The position numbers and the translations under genes were made by a program. Of a stretch of 64,000 nucleotides of DNA, positions 16,439 to 27,586 are shown piece after piece. Within the stretch, counting starts at the first letter, position 1. Each line of letters begins with the position of its first letter. The DNA is from Nemertoderma westbladi (Eukaryota; Animalia; Xenacoelomorpha), in NCBI GenBank assembly GCA_032718475.1, contig JAUCBJ010007179.1, positions 144,813 to 208,812 of the forward strand, in the 5' to 3' direction. The notes beneath the pieces are model-generated. The model saw only the letters and a list, made by a program, of their open reading frames with translations, had not been told where the DNA came from and made no database searches.

Positions 16439-16731
16439 TTAACCTATTGGACCCATATTTTAAGTGTTTTGTTACCACCTTAAATTTATTTGGAGTTTCT
16501 CAAAAATCAAATAGTCAATAAAAATTTTACTCTTAAGGAGGAACTTTCAATCCAGGAATTTACCTTACTAGTTGGACTCTTAATTTCAATTATATTTTGA
16601 AACAGTTTTTGAAGAGGGAAATCTTAATAGAATAATGAACGATATCGCCAAAGAAATAATTCTCCACTTCATTTCAAATCATAATATTAAATTAAACAAT
16701 AACAAATACATAATAAGACATACAGACATGA

Positions 16732-16769
16732 ACCAACGTTTCAACTCAAAATAGAGCCATCTTCAGGGT
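16732..16769 (-). ncRNA. Minimal type I hammerhead ribozyme motif in 3' pseudo-LTR (sense to PLE ORF)
   Basis: Reverse complement reads ACC-CUGAAGA-U-GGCUC-UAUUUU-GAGUU-GAAAC-GUU-GGU: conserved CUGANGA and GAAA boxes, helix II, palindromic AACGUU in place of helix III. Confidence 0.65.
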
Positions 16770-16970
16770 AAGTAAAAACAACTGCCTATTCTAATACTGG
16801 ATTAACGGTACAACAAATACAGGCCTAAGTAAACACAATTTTAATAATACTACATTGTGATTATAAATCTAACTACAGTAATATACAAACTCAAAATAAT
16901 TCCCAATATCACCCCCCCCCCCCTTTTTTCACTCCCCCCCCCCCCTTTTTTCACCCCCCCCCCATAAAAC

Positions 16971-17848
16971 CTAAATTAGTGATAGTTGAAAGCTACATTC
17001 GCGATTGTTTAGTGTCGGGCTTAATTTTCTGATGAATAGTGCCTCTTTAATGCGTAGCTGGTATTTGGTTTGAGCTGTTCCTATAATCTTAAAGTTGTCT
17101 AAACTAAAGGTGTGCCCCGTTTCCCCCCAGTGGTTAAATACAGCTGAGTTCCTCGGAGGATTAAACTGTTTTCGCACTAATGACCTGCCTGTGTGTTCAC
17201 ACACGCGAACCGCCAATTGTCTTTCGGTTTCACCGACATAGGAAGCAGTACAACTTCCACAGGTAAATTTATAAATGACGTTGGAACGTATGTGCGATGG
17301 AAGGCGGTCTTTATACGAAAACATGTCTGATATTCTACGTGTAGGTTTAAGTATAACGTTAAGATCTATGTGCGGAAAGGCTGAGCGGAATAGTTTGGAA
17401 ATTCGAGATTTCAGTTGTAGGGCGTGTTTGCCAGTGTAGGGAAGTACAAAAACAATTTCACGTTTCTTAACCGTTACCATGGTAGACTTAGCACTATGGT
17501 AGCGTTCTAGAACGTGCTTATGGATTTGTTTAGAAGCGAGATGGGATAGCCATTCTTAGTTAGGATTGTGAATAGTTTATTTAAATCCGTACTGAACAGT
17601 ATAAACGAAGAGCTAATCATTAGTGCGCGGTATATCAGTGTGAAAGCAAGGCCAATCTTATATTTCATGGGAATAAAACTGTCAAACTTTGTGTATAGGC
17701 CGGTGAAGGTGGGCTTATGATATATTGAGGTGGAAAATGAGTTATTTTGGAGACGCGTGATTTGGACATCCAGGAATGATAATTTACCATTACTTTCAGT
17801 TTCGCATGTGAATTTTATATTAGGGTGTTTGGAGTTAAGATAAGTCAA
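16971..17848 (-). pseudogene. Penelope RT thumb plus GIY-YIG endonuclease, truncated, one internal stop
   Basis: LNSKHPNIKFTCETE..LSFLDV..IYHKPTFTG (PLE RT C-terminus); NVIYKFTCGSCTASYVGETERQLAVRVCEH...KEALFI..LN (GIY-YIG). Confidence 0.9.
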
Positions 17849-17933
17849 GAATTCTAGACAGTTGGATTGTGTTTTGAAAACTGTATTTGTTGTACCGTTA
17901 ATCCAGTATTAGAATAGGCAGTTGTTTTTACTT

Positions 17934-17971
17934 ACCCTGAAGATGGCTCTATTTTGAGTTGAAACGTTGGT
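17934..17971 (+). ncRNA. Minimal type I hammerhead ribozyme motif in inverted pseudo-LTR (sense to host gene)
   Basis: ACCCTGAAGATGGCTCTATTTTGAGTTGAAACGTTGGT; same motif as the minus-strand copy. Confidence 0.65.
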
Positions 17972-19103
17972 TCATGTCTGTATGTCTTATTATGTATTTG
18001 TTATTGTTTAATTTAATATTTATTTGATTTGAAATGAAGTGGAGAATTATTTCTTTGGCGATATCGTTCATTATTATATTTTGAAACATGAAAATTTTGT
18101 AAATTGATTGTTTGAACCTGTTTTTTTTTACGTAATGGGGTTTTTTTGGGTTCTGGTTTTGATGGAATATATACGAGATGCACCAGGCGTATCAAACTTG
18201 TATTTTTCGGTGCTGTGTGCAAAATTTGGTGCCTGCACGAAATATTGAAAATCCATTCAATAGTTCAATTGATTGTTATAATTTATTTCTCACATTATTG
18301 CAGAGGTTTATTGGGGTTCAGATTTCAATGAAATAAATAATTATCTAATTAGACATCTCAAACATTTTTGAAAAATAGCTATAATCAGCGCCCTAAAAAC
18401 CTGAAAATGTGAATCTATAGCATTGTATAAATGTATAAGTCGTCAATTAAAATGTTAGTGTTCAGTCTGAAAAGTGCTGATTACATGTTTTTTTCATTTT
18501 TTACCTACGTATTAGACTAAAACTGCCATTTATAGTAAACAGATCATTTTAACTATTCTCAAATTGATTCAGCGCCCCGGAAAACCTGTATTTTAAAAAA
18601 GATAAGTTGAAAATTGCAACTTCAAATTTTTTGAAAATTATTCACTACTTGAAATTTTGGATCTGCAAAATAACTACACCAGCAATTTATTTAGATAATT
18701 TTTTTCTTTTTGTTTAAGAATGGAGAAATCTACAGTACGACAAACAAAAAATTAGTTGTTTTGGTTAAAATTTGTAGATTCTAGAGGAGGAGGGGGGAGG
18801 GAGGTCAATATGAGCCCACCCGCCCGTTATTTGTACATCATTTTATAGCCCGGTACTAATAATAGGGTTAATAATTATAGAAAAATGATTAATTCGCAAT
18901 AATATTATGGAAATTATTACTAATGAATTATGTAAACAGACCGATTACCCGGTCGATAAGTTGAACATTCTACTCGTACTGTACTACTCATAATTCATTT
19001 TTGGATAAATTTCATCTCAAATTAGAAATTATTGGCCACCTATTTAAGTGCTTATTATCTATTTATTAGATATAAATACATGTAATAATTAATATGTATT
19101 ACT

Positions 19104-21192
19104 TTAATGTAAGTGGTTAATTAACAAAGTGAGCATAAAATGTTCAAGTGGTAAATTTAGGATAAATTGGCACTTAGATTTAGAATCCGGGCCTATATCC
19201 AAAATAAGTGAATAAGTGAATAAAATAAGTAGCAACTGCCCTGTCTCTCCATATACAGCAAAATTAGGAGTTGACCTTTTAACGGCCAAAACGTTTTTTA
19301 AAAACCTTAACTGCACCCTTTCTACATCAACAGCAGATTCAAAACCCCATATATCCGCACCATACATGAGAATAGGTTTTATCAAGGAATTAAATAAGTT
19401 TAAAGCACAATCAAAAGATGCATGAGGAAAACGGACAAAATATTTTAATAATTAATATATAATAATTTATTATATAATAATATAATTAATAATTAATTTA
19501 CCATTCCCTGAAAAAATAATACCTAGATATGTGTACTGGTTAATCATGGGCATCACCTTTCTATTGTAGTAAAGCTGACCAGTTGATGGTCGACCTTTGT
19601 TTCCAAACACCACCACGTTTGATTTATCTAAGTTTACTTCGAGAAACCAATATTTACAATAATGTTCTAGAATTACTAAAGATTGCTGCAAAGCCGACGC
19701 AGATTCTGCCACTATAACAATATCATCTGCAAAGAGTAATAAAAACAGTTTCAGTGTACAAACAGGGATACCCTCTATACCACCATGTTATGTTGTAGAT
19801 CATTTTCTAGATCATTTATAAAAATACTGAAGAGAAAAGGGGATAAACACTCCCCTTGTCTGACACCATTTGATACTATAAACATTTCTGATAAGATACC
19901 ATTTGTTCGTACACAAGATTTTACCCTACTATACATATTCTTAATAATATTAAACATTTTCCCGCCTGCACCTAATTGCACCAATTTCAACCATAGAGCC
20001 GATCTACTAACTAGATCGAACGCTTTCTTCAGATCAACAAATGCGCAATATAATTTTTTCTTCCGGGTTAACAAAAAATGGTCTATGAGCGCTCGTAATA
20101 TACACATTTGATCAGCTGTAGAAAACCCTGCTCGGAATCCACCCTGAGCTTCAACTAAAATACCATAACATTCCGCCCACCATTGCAAACGATTGTTTAT
20201 AACAGACGTAAATAATTTACCCAGAATTGATAACAAAGTTATACCACGATAATTACAGGGATCTAAACTATTACCCTTTTTAAATAAAGGACATATAATT
20301 CCAATGGTCCAATCCATAGGAAAATTACCTGATTTAAAATAGCACTAAACAACAAAGTTAACACAGGTATTAATTGGTCACGACCCTCAATAATAAATTC
20401 ACTTAAAATATTATCAATACCGGGCGATTTTCCACGTTTTAGCCTATTAATGGCGTTAAGCACTTCTATTTCCTCGTAAGGCATAGTCAAATCTTTTTCA
20501 AAACAATTTTTACTTTCAATTACGTTGATGTTACTATTAATACTACCATTAACACCCATATCTTGGAAGTTAGTACTGTCCGAGTTAAGTTGCTCAAAGA
20601 AATTCTTAAACTCGCTAATAGATGGTTCTCTAGCACCTCTTGGTACTGCCGTACGGCAAATTGATTTTAATTTTATCCAAAACTTTTTCGGCTTTGTAGT
20701 GCGTGCCAAATTTAAACGCCTGACTTCGTTTCTGGAATACTCATACCGGGTTTTACGTAATGTTGTCCTATATAGGGTTTTCCTACTTTGCAATAGAGAA
20801 AACGCTTCCGGAGTTCCTGATCTCTTCCAAGATATCAAGGAATTTTTACTATGGCTATAAACATTTATGTCACCTATAGAGAAATATTTACACTGCGCCA
20901 TAATTGGTACCATGCCTAAAACATAATCAATTGTAGAAGCTCCATTTTTGAAATGAAAAGTAAAATCACCCTTCTCTTTATCTTTTCCAAGCCGTCCATT
21001 AAAAATACGAAGGCCAGTATTTTTACATAGGGATAATAATTTTGTTCCATAAGTATTCATTTTTTTATCAACATTATTTCTGGCGGCATTATTACAGAAA
21101 ACTCCCATACCACTACTTAAAATGTAATCACTTCCTTTGGTATTCAAGTCACCTATAACTACGTTATATGCACTATCCCAATAGAGCGCCAA
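19104..21192 (-). pseudogene. Decayed APE-type LINE ORF2 (endonuclease end plus reverse transcriptase; RTE-X/L2-like), frameshifted
   Basis: IGDLN, GASTIDY, KSPGIDNI, NYRGITLLS, QGGFR, FVDLKKAFD, GVRQGECLSPFLF, LFADD, YTYLG, ILMYGADIWG motifs split across several ORFs. Confidence 0.9.
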
Positions 21193-21298
21193 GGATCTAG
21201 GACACTTCCCCCCCGGACAGTTTACCCCCCGGACACTACCCCCCCACCCAAGTAGGACACTTCCCCCCCGGACACTTGCCCCCCGGACACTTCCCCCT
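21193..21298. repeat. Short GGACACTTCCCCCCC tandem motifs, likely a DNA-transposon subterminal repeat
   Basis: About six GGACA(C/G)..CCCCCC units; truncates the LINE; no matching inverted end found. Confidence 0.5.
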
Positions 21299-23557
21299 CA
21301 GTTAAAGTGTTACAATTAATCTGGGTGCATCAAAGCAATAAACAAAAGTTAAAGATGGTTACAGGACAAGTTGTATCTAGACAAGTTTGTTCAAAATTAT
21401 AAAAGAAACATTTTTATAGTCAAATTTTGTTTGTTTTTCTTTTTTCCGCCCCCAAACCCCCGCTTCTTTTCTTGGGGGCTGCCAGCCTGCCGCCCTCAAA
21501 CACCCGCTTCTTTTCTTGGGGGCTGCCGCCCCCAAACCCGCATTTCCCTGTGTGCCCGTGGTGAAAGACTTTGAGACCGTTTTGAAATAATCAATTCATG
21601 TTTGTATCATCAGATAATAAATTAACTAAGCCTAAAGTAGGAGCTGTATTGAATGTTAACCAATTTAATATATAAATTACTACAATATTATATAATTCAA
21701 CAAAATCCTATTAAAAATATTGCAAGTAACCAGGAAATTAAATATGTAGTGTGTATAATATCTCTATAGTATGTATAGTAATATGTATATCAATATGTAA
21801 TGCTGAACACAGAATACAGGTCGATGTATGTCGATTTTACCCTGGAGAGGTATAATTTTGATTGCAACAATAATATTCATCGCAATATGCTACAATTTGA
21901 AGAAGACTATTACATAATAATACCTATAATTAAAACAATTAATTATTATAATTCTATAGTTAATAAAAACAGTATCATTCGGGGGATGGAATTTATAGGT
22001 CATCAAATTAATTGTTTAAAGATTAGCAAACAATACAATGTAATTGTATTGATAAAACCCATAAATAAATCTTCGCGATGCTCTTCAACTGCTATGTGCG
22101 TGTTATGGGATGCGTTGTAAATTGTGTCAGATGTTGCCACCACCGTATTGAATGTGGCCTCGAATAACTCAGCCACCTCGATATCATCTTCCAGGTGGTT
22201 GTCCATAAGTACGAATGGAGAGACCGCAACTGCATTATCTGTATTATTCGCTGTTCCAACTGTTGCATATACTTGAAACTGTTCACTGGGTGTTACGCTA
22301 GACACCAAATTCGAACTGTCGTTTAACACTGGCACTACATTCGCCGGTGTTATCCTCTCAGACCTTTGTAAATCCTGTAGTGAAAGGGCTGGTCGCAATT
22401 AATAAATTGTCTCATTTATTCAACGCACAGATAATATACTTTCTATTGTTTTGGAGTCATACTGACGGACAGACCGACAGTCAAACGGACAGACCGACAG
22501 TCAAACGGACAGACAGCTATATCTCGAGAAGTAGAACAGATCTTGCTAAACGGTATCAAATTTGGAATCTTTATAAAAATCGGCTCTAGACAGCGAGATG
22601 AAATAGAAAAAATTGTGAAAACCTTGAATGCCACACAGCAACACAATCATTTATGAATGAAGAAATATAGTAAAACCTAAGTTTAATGGATTAAAGTTAG
22701 ATCCCGTATTACAATATATTAACAAAACCCATATTATTATTATTACTTATATAACAAATGGGATCACGCGATTCCATAATAATCTGCACAAGTTGTTTAT
22801 TAAATAGCCTAAATAATTAATCTATTTTATATTACCTATCTAAAGGTTAATACCGATCGGTTAATACCGATTGGGTAGATCGGAGCCCCGCAACCCCGCA
22901 CCATCCCCAAAGCAAAGCCCAGTGCCCGCCATGGGCGCCGCCCACCACGCAAGCAGAAGGAGTTGGAGCGGATCAGCGCGAATTGAAGGCGCCTCCGGAC
23001 CACGCCCAACACACTGGCGAGGCCTTGCTGGCGCATCCCCTGCCGCCGAGCCACGAGGGTCTCAACGAGGTGGCGGATTAGGATATCGGCCTCCTTACAC
23101 CACACCCCGTCGGTGGTTCCGACTAGGGGGGTGAAGGAGATCCTCCTGTCCTCGCGCACCGCGCTGTAATGGACCTTCTTGGCCCAGGCTCGCTGCTCGA
23201 GGATGGAGTCCAGGGGCCTATTTGCATATGAGGGGGCGTCAGCGTTTCGCATATGAGGGGGCGTCTCGCACCTCATCGTGTCGCTTTATGACGAGGCCAG
23301 TAGTAAGATGAACCCATCCTCGGCGACAGTTGGACCTACTTCGCACCTTGGGTGTTAAGTAGGTCATTAATTAATTAATCAATTAATTAATTGGTCGATT
23401 AAACAATTAATTAATTGTTTAATCAATCGATTTGTATCAAATAATGTTGCCAAAGGCAATTTAATTTGATACAAATCAATCAGATAGGGACGCGCGATGA
23501 ATAAATTGTACTACAGCAAACGAAATATACAATACAATTGCCACTGCCTCAGCCACA

Positions 23558-24650
23558 GGCTGTGGCTGTGGCTGTGGCTGTGGCTGTGGCTGTGGCTGTG
23601 GCTGTGGCTGTGGCTGTGGCTGTGGCTGTGGCTGTGGCTGTGGCTGTGGCTGTGGCTGTGGCTGTGGTTGTGGCTGTGGCTGTGGCTGTGGTTGTGGCTG
23701 TGGCTGTGGCTGTGGTTGTGGCTGTGGCTGTGGCTGTGGCTGTGGCTGTGGCTGTGGCTGTGGCTGTGGCTGTGGCTGTGGCTGTGGCTGTGGCTGTGGC
23801 TGTGGCTGTGGCTGTGGCTGTGGCTGTGGCTGTGGCTGTGGCTGTGGCTGTGGCTGTGGCTGTGGCTGTGGCTGTGGCTGTGGCTGTGGCTGTGGCTGTG
23901 GCTGTGGCTGTGGCTGTGGCTGTGGCTGTGGCTGTGGCTGTGGCTGTGGCTGTGGCTGTGGCTGTGGCTGTGGCTGTGGCTGTGGCTGTGGCTGTGGCTG
24001 TGGCTGTGGCTGTGGCTGTGGCTGTGGCTGTGGCTGTGGCTGTGGCTGTGGTTGTGGCTGTGGCTGTGGCTGTGGCTGTGGCTGTGGCTGTGGCTGTGGT
24101 TGTGGCTGTGGCTGTGGCTGTGGTTGTGGCTGTGGCTGTGGCTGTGGCTGTGGCTGTGGTTGTGGCTGTGGTTGTGGCTGTGGTTGTGGCTGTGGTTGTG
24201 GCTGTGGCTGTGGCTGTGGTTGTGGCTGTGGTTGTGGCTGTGGCTGTGGTTGTGGCTGTGGCTGTGGCTGTGGCTGTGGCTGTGGCTGTGGCTGTGGCTG
24301 TGGCTGTGGCTGTGGCTGTGGCTGTGCTGTGGCTGTGGCTGTGGCTGTGGTTGTGGCTGTGGCTGTGGCTGTGGCTGTGGCTGTGGCTGTGGCTGTGGCT
24401 GTGGCTGTGGCTGTGGCTGTGGCTGTGGCTGTGGCTGTGGCTGTGGCTGTGGCTGTGGCTGTGGCTGTGGCTGTGGCTGTGGATGTGGTTGTGGCTGTGG
24501 TTGTGGCTGTGGTTGTGGCTGTGGTTGTGGCTGTGGCTGTGGCTGTGGTTGTGGCTGTGGTTGTGGCTGTGGCTGTGGTTGTGGCTGTGGTTGTGGCTGT
24601 GGCTGTGGCTGTGGTTGTGGCTATGGTTGTGGCTGTGGCTGTGGCTGTGG
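23558..24650. repeat. (GGCTGT)n hexanucleotide microsatellite, ~1.1 kb, with GGTTGT variants
   Basis: Directly visible; about 180 units. Confidence 0.99.
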
Positions 24651-24718
24651 GGAGTGCCTCAGGTCTTAAATCAGAGTCTTACAAATTCGAACGTTAACGA
24701 ACAAATTCAAACGTTACT

Positions 24719-24792
24719 GTTCCACCTTGGTGTAGTGGTTGCTTTGAATTCACATCTCCAATAGGTCGTGGGTTCAATCCTCACATGGACCA
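24719..24792 (+). pseudogene. tRNA-derived relic / SINE-head-like sequence
   Basis: A-box-like TGGTGTAGTGG (24728-24738), T-arm GTG-GGTTCAATCC-TCAC with B-box (24771-24780), TCCA/TGGA acceptor-like pairing; anticodon arm not well formed. Confidence 0.55.
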
Positions 24793-26055
24793 GGGCAGTT
24801 TTCGTTCGATCAGCAATAGGCCTAACTATACAAAATGTAGTATTATTGCCTAGTAACCAATTCATAGCTACCGTATGGTTTTTACTTTGAGACATTTCAC
24901 CCTCTAGCAGCAGACTCGGATCTTCAGACTACTCTGTTGGTTGGGAATTAATTTGACACATGGCGTTTGGGCGATGGCTTTGTTGTTGAGCTAATATGCG
25001 CGTGGACTGCTTCGCAATACAATGCGAAAGAATGCAATCTATTGCAAGAGCAGATGTTTATTATAGTTTTCTTAGGCGAATTGATGTAATAACGAAGCTA
25101 TAGGTTTGAATAATTTAAACTCTATCGCAGGTCCCATTCACGCGTTGACATACAGTATAGGATTCGATGTTTGGATTAGTCATGCTACGGTTAATAAGAG
25201 CCCAAACGGCCGCAGATTATTGATGGATGACTCGGGGCCAAACTGGGGCCACTTTATTTTTGTGTGAGGGTAATTTATGTTTTGGGTTTCGATTGTGTCT
25301 TTTTATTTAATTCTACCTTTACCTACTGTATGGCAAAAATAATACAAATGTACTGTATATTGTATTGCACAGTGCCTATTGTATTGTATATTTCGTTTGC
25401 TGTAGTACAATTTATTCATCGCGCGTCCCTATCTGATTGATTTGTATCAAATTAAATTGCCTTTGGCAACATTATTTGATACAAATCGATTGATTAAACA
25501 ATTAATTAATTGTTTAATCGACCAATTAATTAATTGATTAATTAATTAATGACCTACTTAACACCCAAGGTGCGAAGTAGGTCCAACTGTCGCCGAGGAT
25601 GGGTTCATCTTACTACTGAGGCCCCTTGACTTGCAGTTGAGGGCGTGGGTCGTTATAAACGGTTCCCCACACCCCTCGTACTTCGCCGGGAGGCCAGGCA
25701 GCGTCAGGCCATATCTCATTGAGAGATTGTCCCGGAACACCCCCGGGTCGAGGTCTGTATAATCCACTATGGAGGGCTGCGCCGTCAACCACCCACTGGT
25801 TTTGTGGGTCACAGTTCTCTCCACAGTTCGACGCCATTCAGCTGGGACACCGAGGAGGGCGGAATCCTGCCTCGCCTTGTATGAGGCGTCCTGTGCGATG
25901 CGGCTCTCCGCCAAAGCGGAGGAGAGGCACGCGGCATGGTCTGCAACATGGAGGGGGCGACCTGTCAGCGACCTGTCATACACCAGAGCGACCTGTCAGC
26001 AGCTCTGGTGTATACCCGATGCGGGGCCCACATTGGCGCAACTGATCCCACCACT

Positions 26056-27586
26056 TATAATAATAATAATAATAATAATTTCTTTTTATTCGCAAAAACT
26101 CCGCAACAAGTTAAAAAACCGCACAGAGGCAGCCTAACAGAATAAGATCCCATTATAGCTGATTATTACGCGAATAAAGCGTCACAACCTACGATTTTAA
26201 TTTGTACTATAAAATTAACATACAGTAGGTTTAGTACTCAACTAATCTATAATAATGTACTGTACAATATGTACACAGTACCTTAAGCACAAACTTCGAT
26301 CAAACTCGTTAGCCAGCTGTCTCCGGCATATATTTGTTTAAATTTATAGTCATATTAGTGTGTTTAATTTATGTTATGTCGTCACGTGAGTACATTTTGT
26401 AAAATTCCTTCTTTAGTTTATTTGTAAATTTGCTATATGACTTTGTTTCGCGAATATTTAAATTTAGAGAATTCCACAGTCTCGTACTACTAACCATCAC
26501 GCTGTTGTATCCAAATTTTGTTTTTGTTTTTGGTACTTTGATACGGAATGTTCTTTTATTTATGTTTTTATTTTGCCTTTTAAAATTTTTAAGGAAAGCA
26601 ATACTTAGATTTTTAAATGGTGTTGATAAATCGAAAAAATATTTAAAGAAGTATTTTAGTACGTAGAAATTTCTAAGTGCTTGTAAGTGGGGTAATTTTG
26701 CCTTAGTGCGTAATTCTGTCCCAGTGGCATCTCTGATTTTTTTGCAGTAGACAGTACGTAGCCCGTAGTTTTGAATTTTATCTAGCCTGTAAAGTAATTC
26801 TTTGTACCCGTGTGTCATATGTAGTGGTGTAATAATTTCACAGCAGTAATTATGTAGTGGTAGGACAGTAGCCTTATACACTGTTAGTTTCGTGTTAGTA
26901 GGTAATTGACCTTTAATAAGTCTTAAACATGATACTGCATGGGTCATTTTCTCAGCAATCAATTTTATTTGTGGCTTCCAAGTAATTTTATTATCAATTA
27001 TTATTCCTAGGTATTTAAATTGCGAGCTCTGTTTAACGGTTGCTTTTCCTATGTGCAGGTTAATTTTTTCTATCTCATTTGTTCTAGAATGTGGAGTTAT
27101 TAAAATAAATTCAGTTTTTTCGGGATTTAGTTGCATTTTTAAACTTGAAAAGGTACTATCTATTTTTAATATACGATTTGATAAGGTTTGGGTAGCAGCG
27201 ATCGGATCCGGTCCTGATGCAAAGATGAGAGTGTCGTCAGCGTATTGAATGATGTTAAGGTCTTCAGATTCAGCAATTTCGTTGACGTATATGAGGAACA
27301 TAAGAGGTCCCAAAAGTGTTCCTTGCGGAATTCCCCGTTCAGTCTGTTCCCAACTGGAGAAGTTTCCGTTGAGTTTAACCCTTTGTTTTCGTTGGCAAAG
27401 GTAGTCTTTCATTAGGGAGACAGCAGTCGAATGGAGACCAATTTCTTTTAATTTTAGAAGAAGAATATGATGATTCAACGAATCGAAAGCCTTACTTAGA
27501 TCTAGTGAAGCTACAGCCACGTGATTTCCTTCGTCAAGTTTTGATCGCCAATTCTCAGTTGCGTATATAATCGCATCCTTAGTAGA
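26056..27586 (-). mobile_element. 5'-truncated L2/CR1-group LINE (RT 3' half, open for ~400 codons) nested in the CRE-like element
   Basis: STKDA..LDLSKAFDSLNH, GIPQGTLLGPLMF, QYADDT, LNPEKT, FKYLG; 3' UTR ending in a trinucleotide tail (TAA repeats on plus strand, 26056-26078). Confidence 0.92.

Larger units (their letters stand above)
16605..18072 (-). mobile_element. 5'-truncated Penelope-like element (PLE) with inverted pseudo-LTRs
   Basis: RT C-terminus and GIY-YIG endonuclease on minus strand; ~190-bp inverted repeat 16632-16822 / 17881-18075; 16-bp direct repeat ATTATATTTTGAAACA at 16589-16604 and 18073-18088 as candidate TSD. Confidence 0.92.
23298..25618. mobile_element. Non-autonomous TIR element with 241-bp TIRs and 4-bp TSD (AGGC)
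   Basis: TIRs 23298-23538 / 25378-25618, termini CAGTAGTAAG...CTTACTACTG; removing element plus one AGGC restores the host frame CKSRG-LVIKRHDEVRD. Confidence 0.93.

Noticed and set aside
22003-22398. 131-aa minus-strand ORF
   Set aside because: No recognisable domain or splice context
23497-24764. Poly-WL / poly-VA / poly-CG ORFs
   Set aside because: Translations of the (GGCTGT)n microsatellite
24719-24792. Functional tRNA gene
   Set aside because: D and anticodon arms do not pair properly; lies inside a TIR element; treated as a relic
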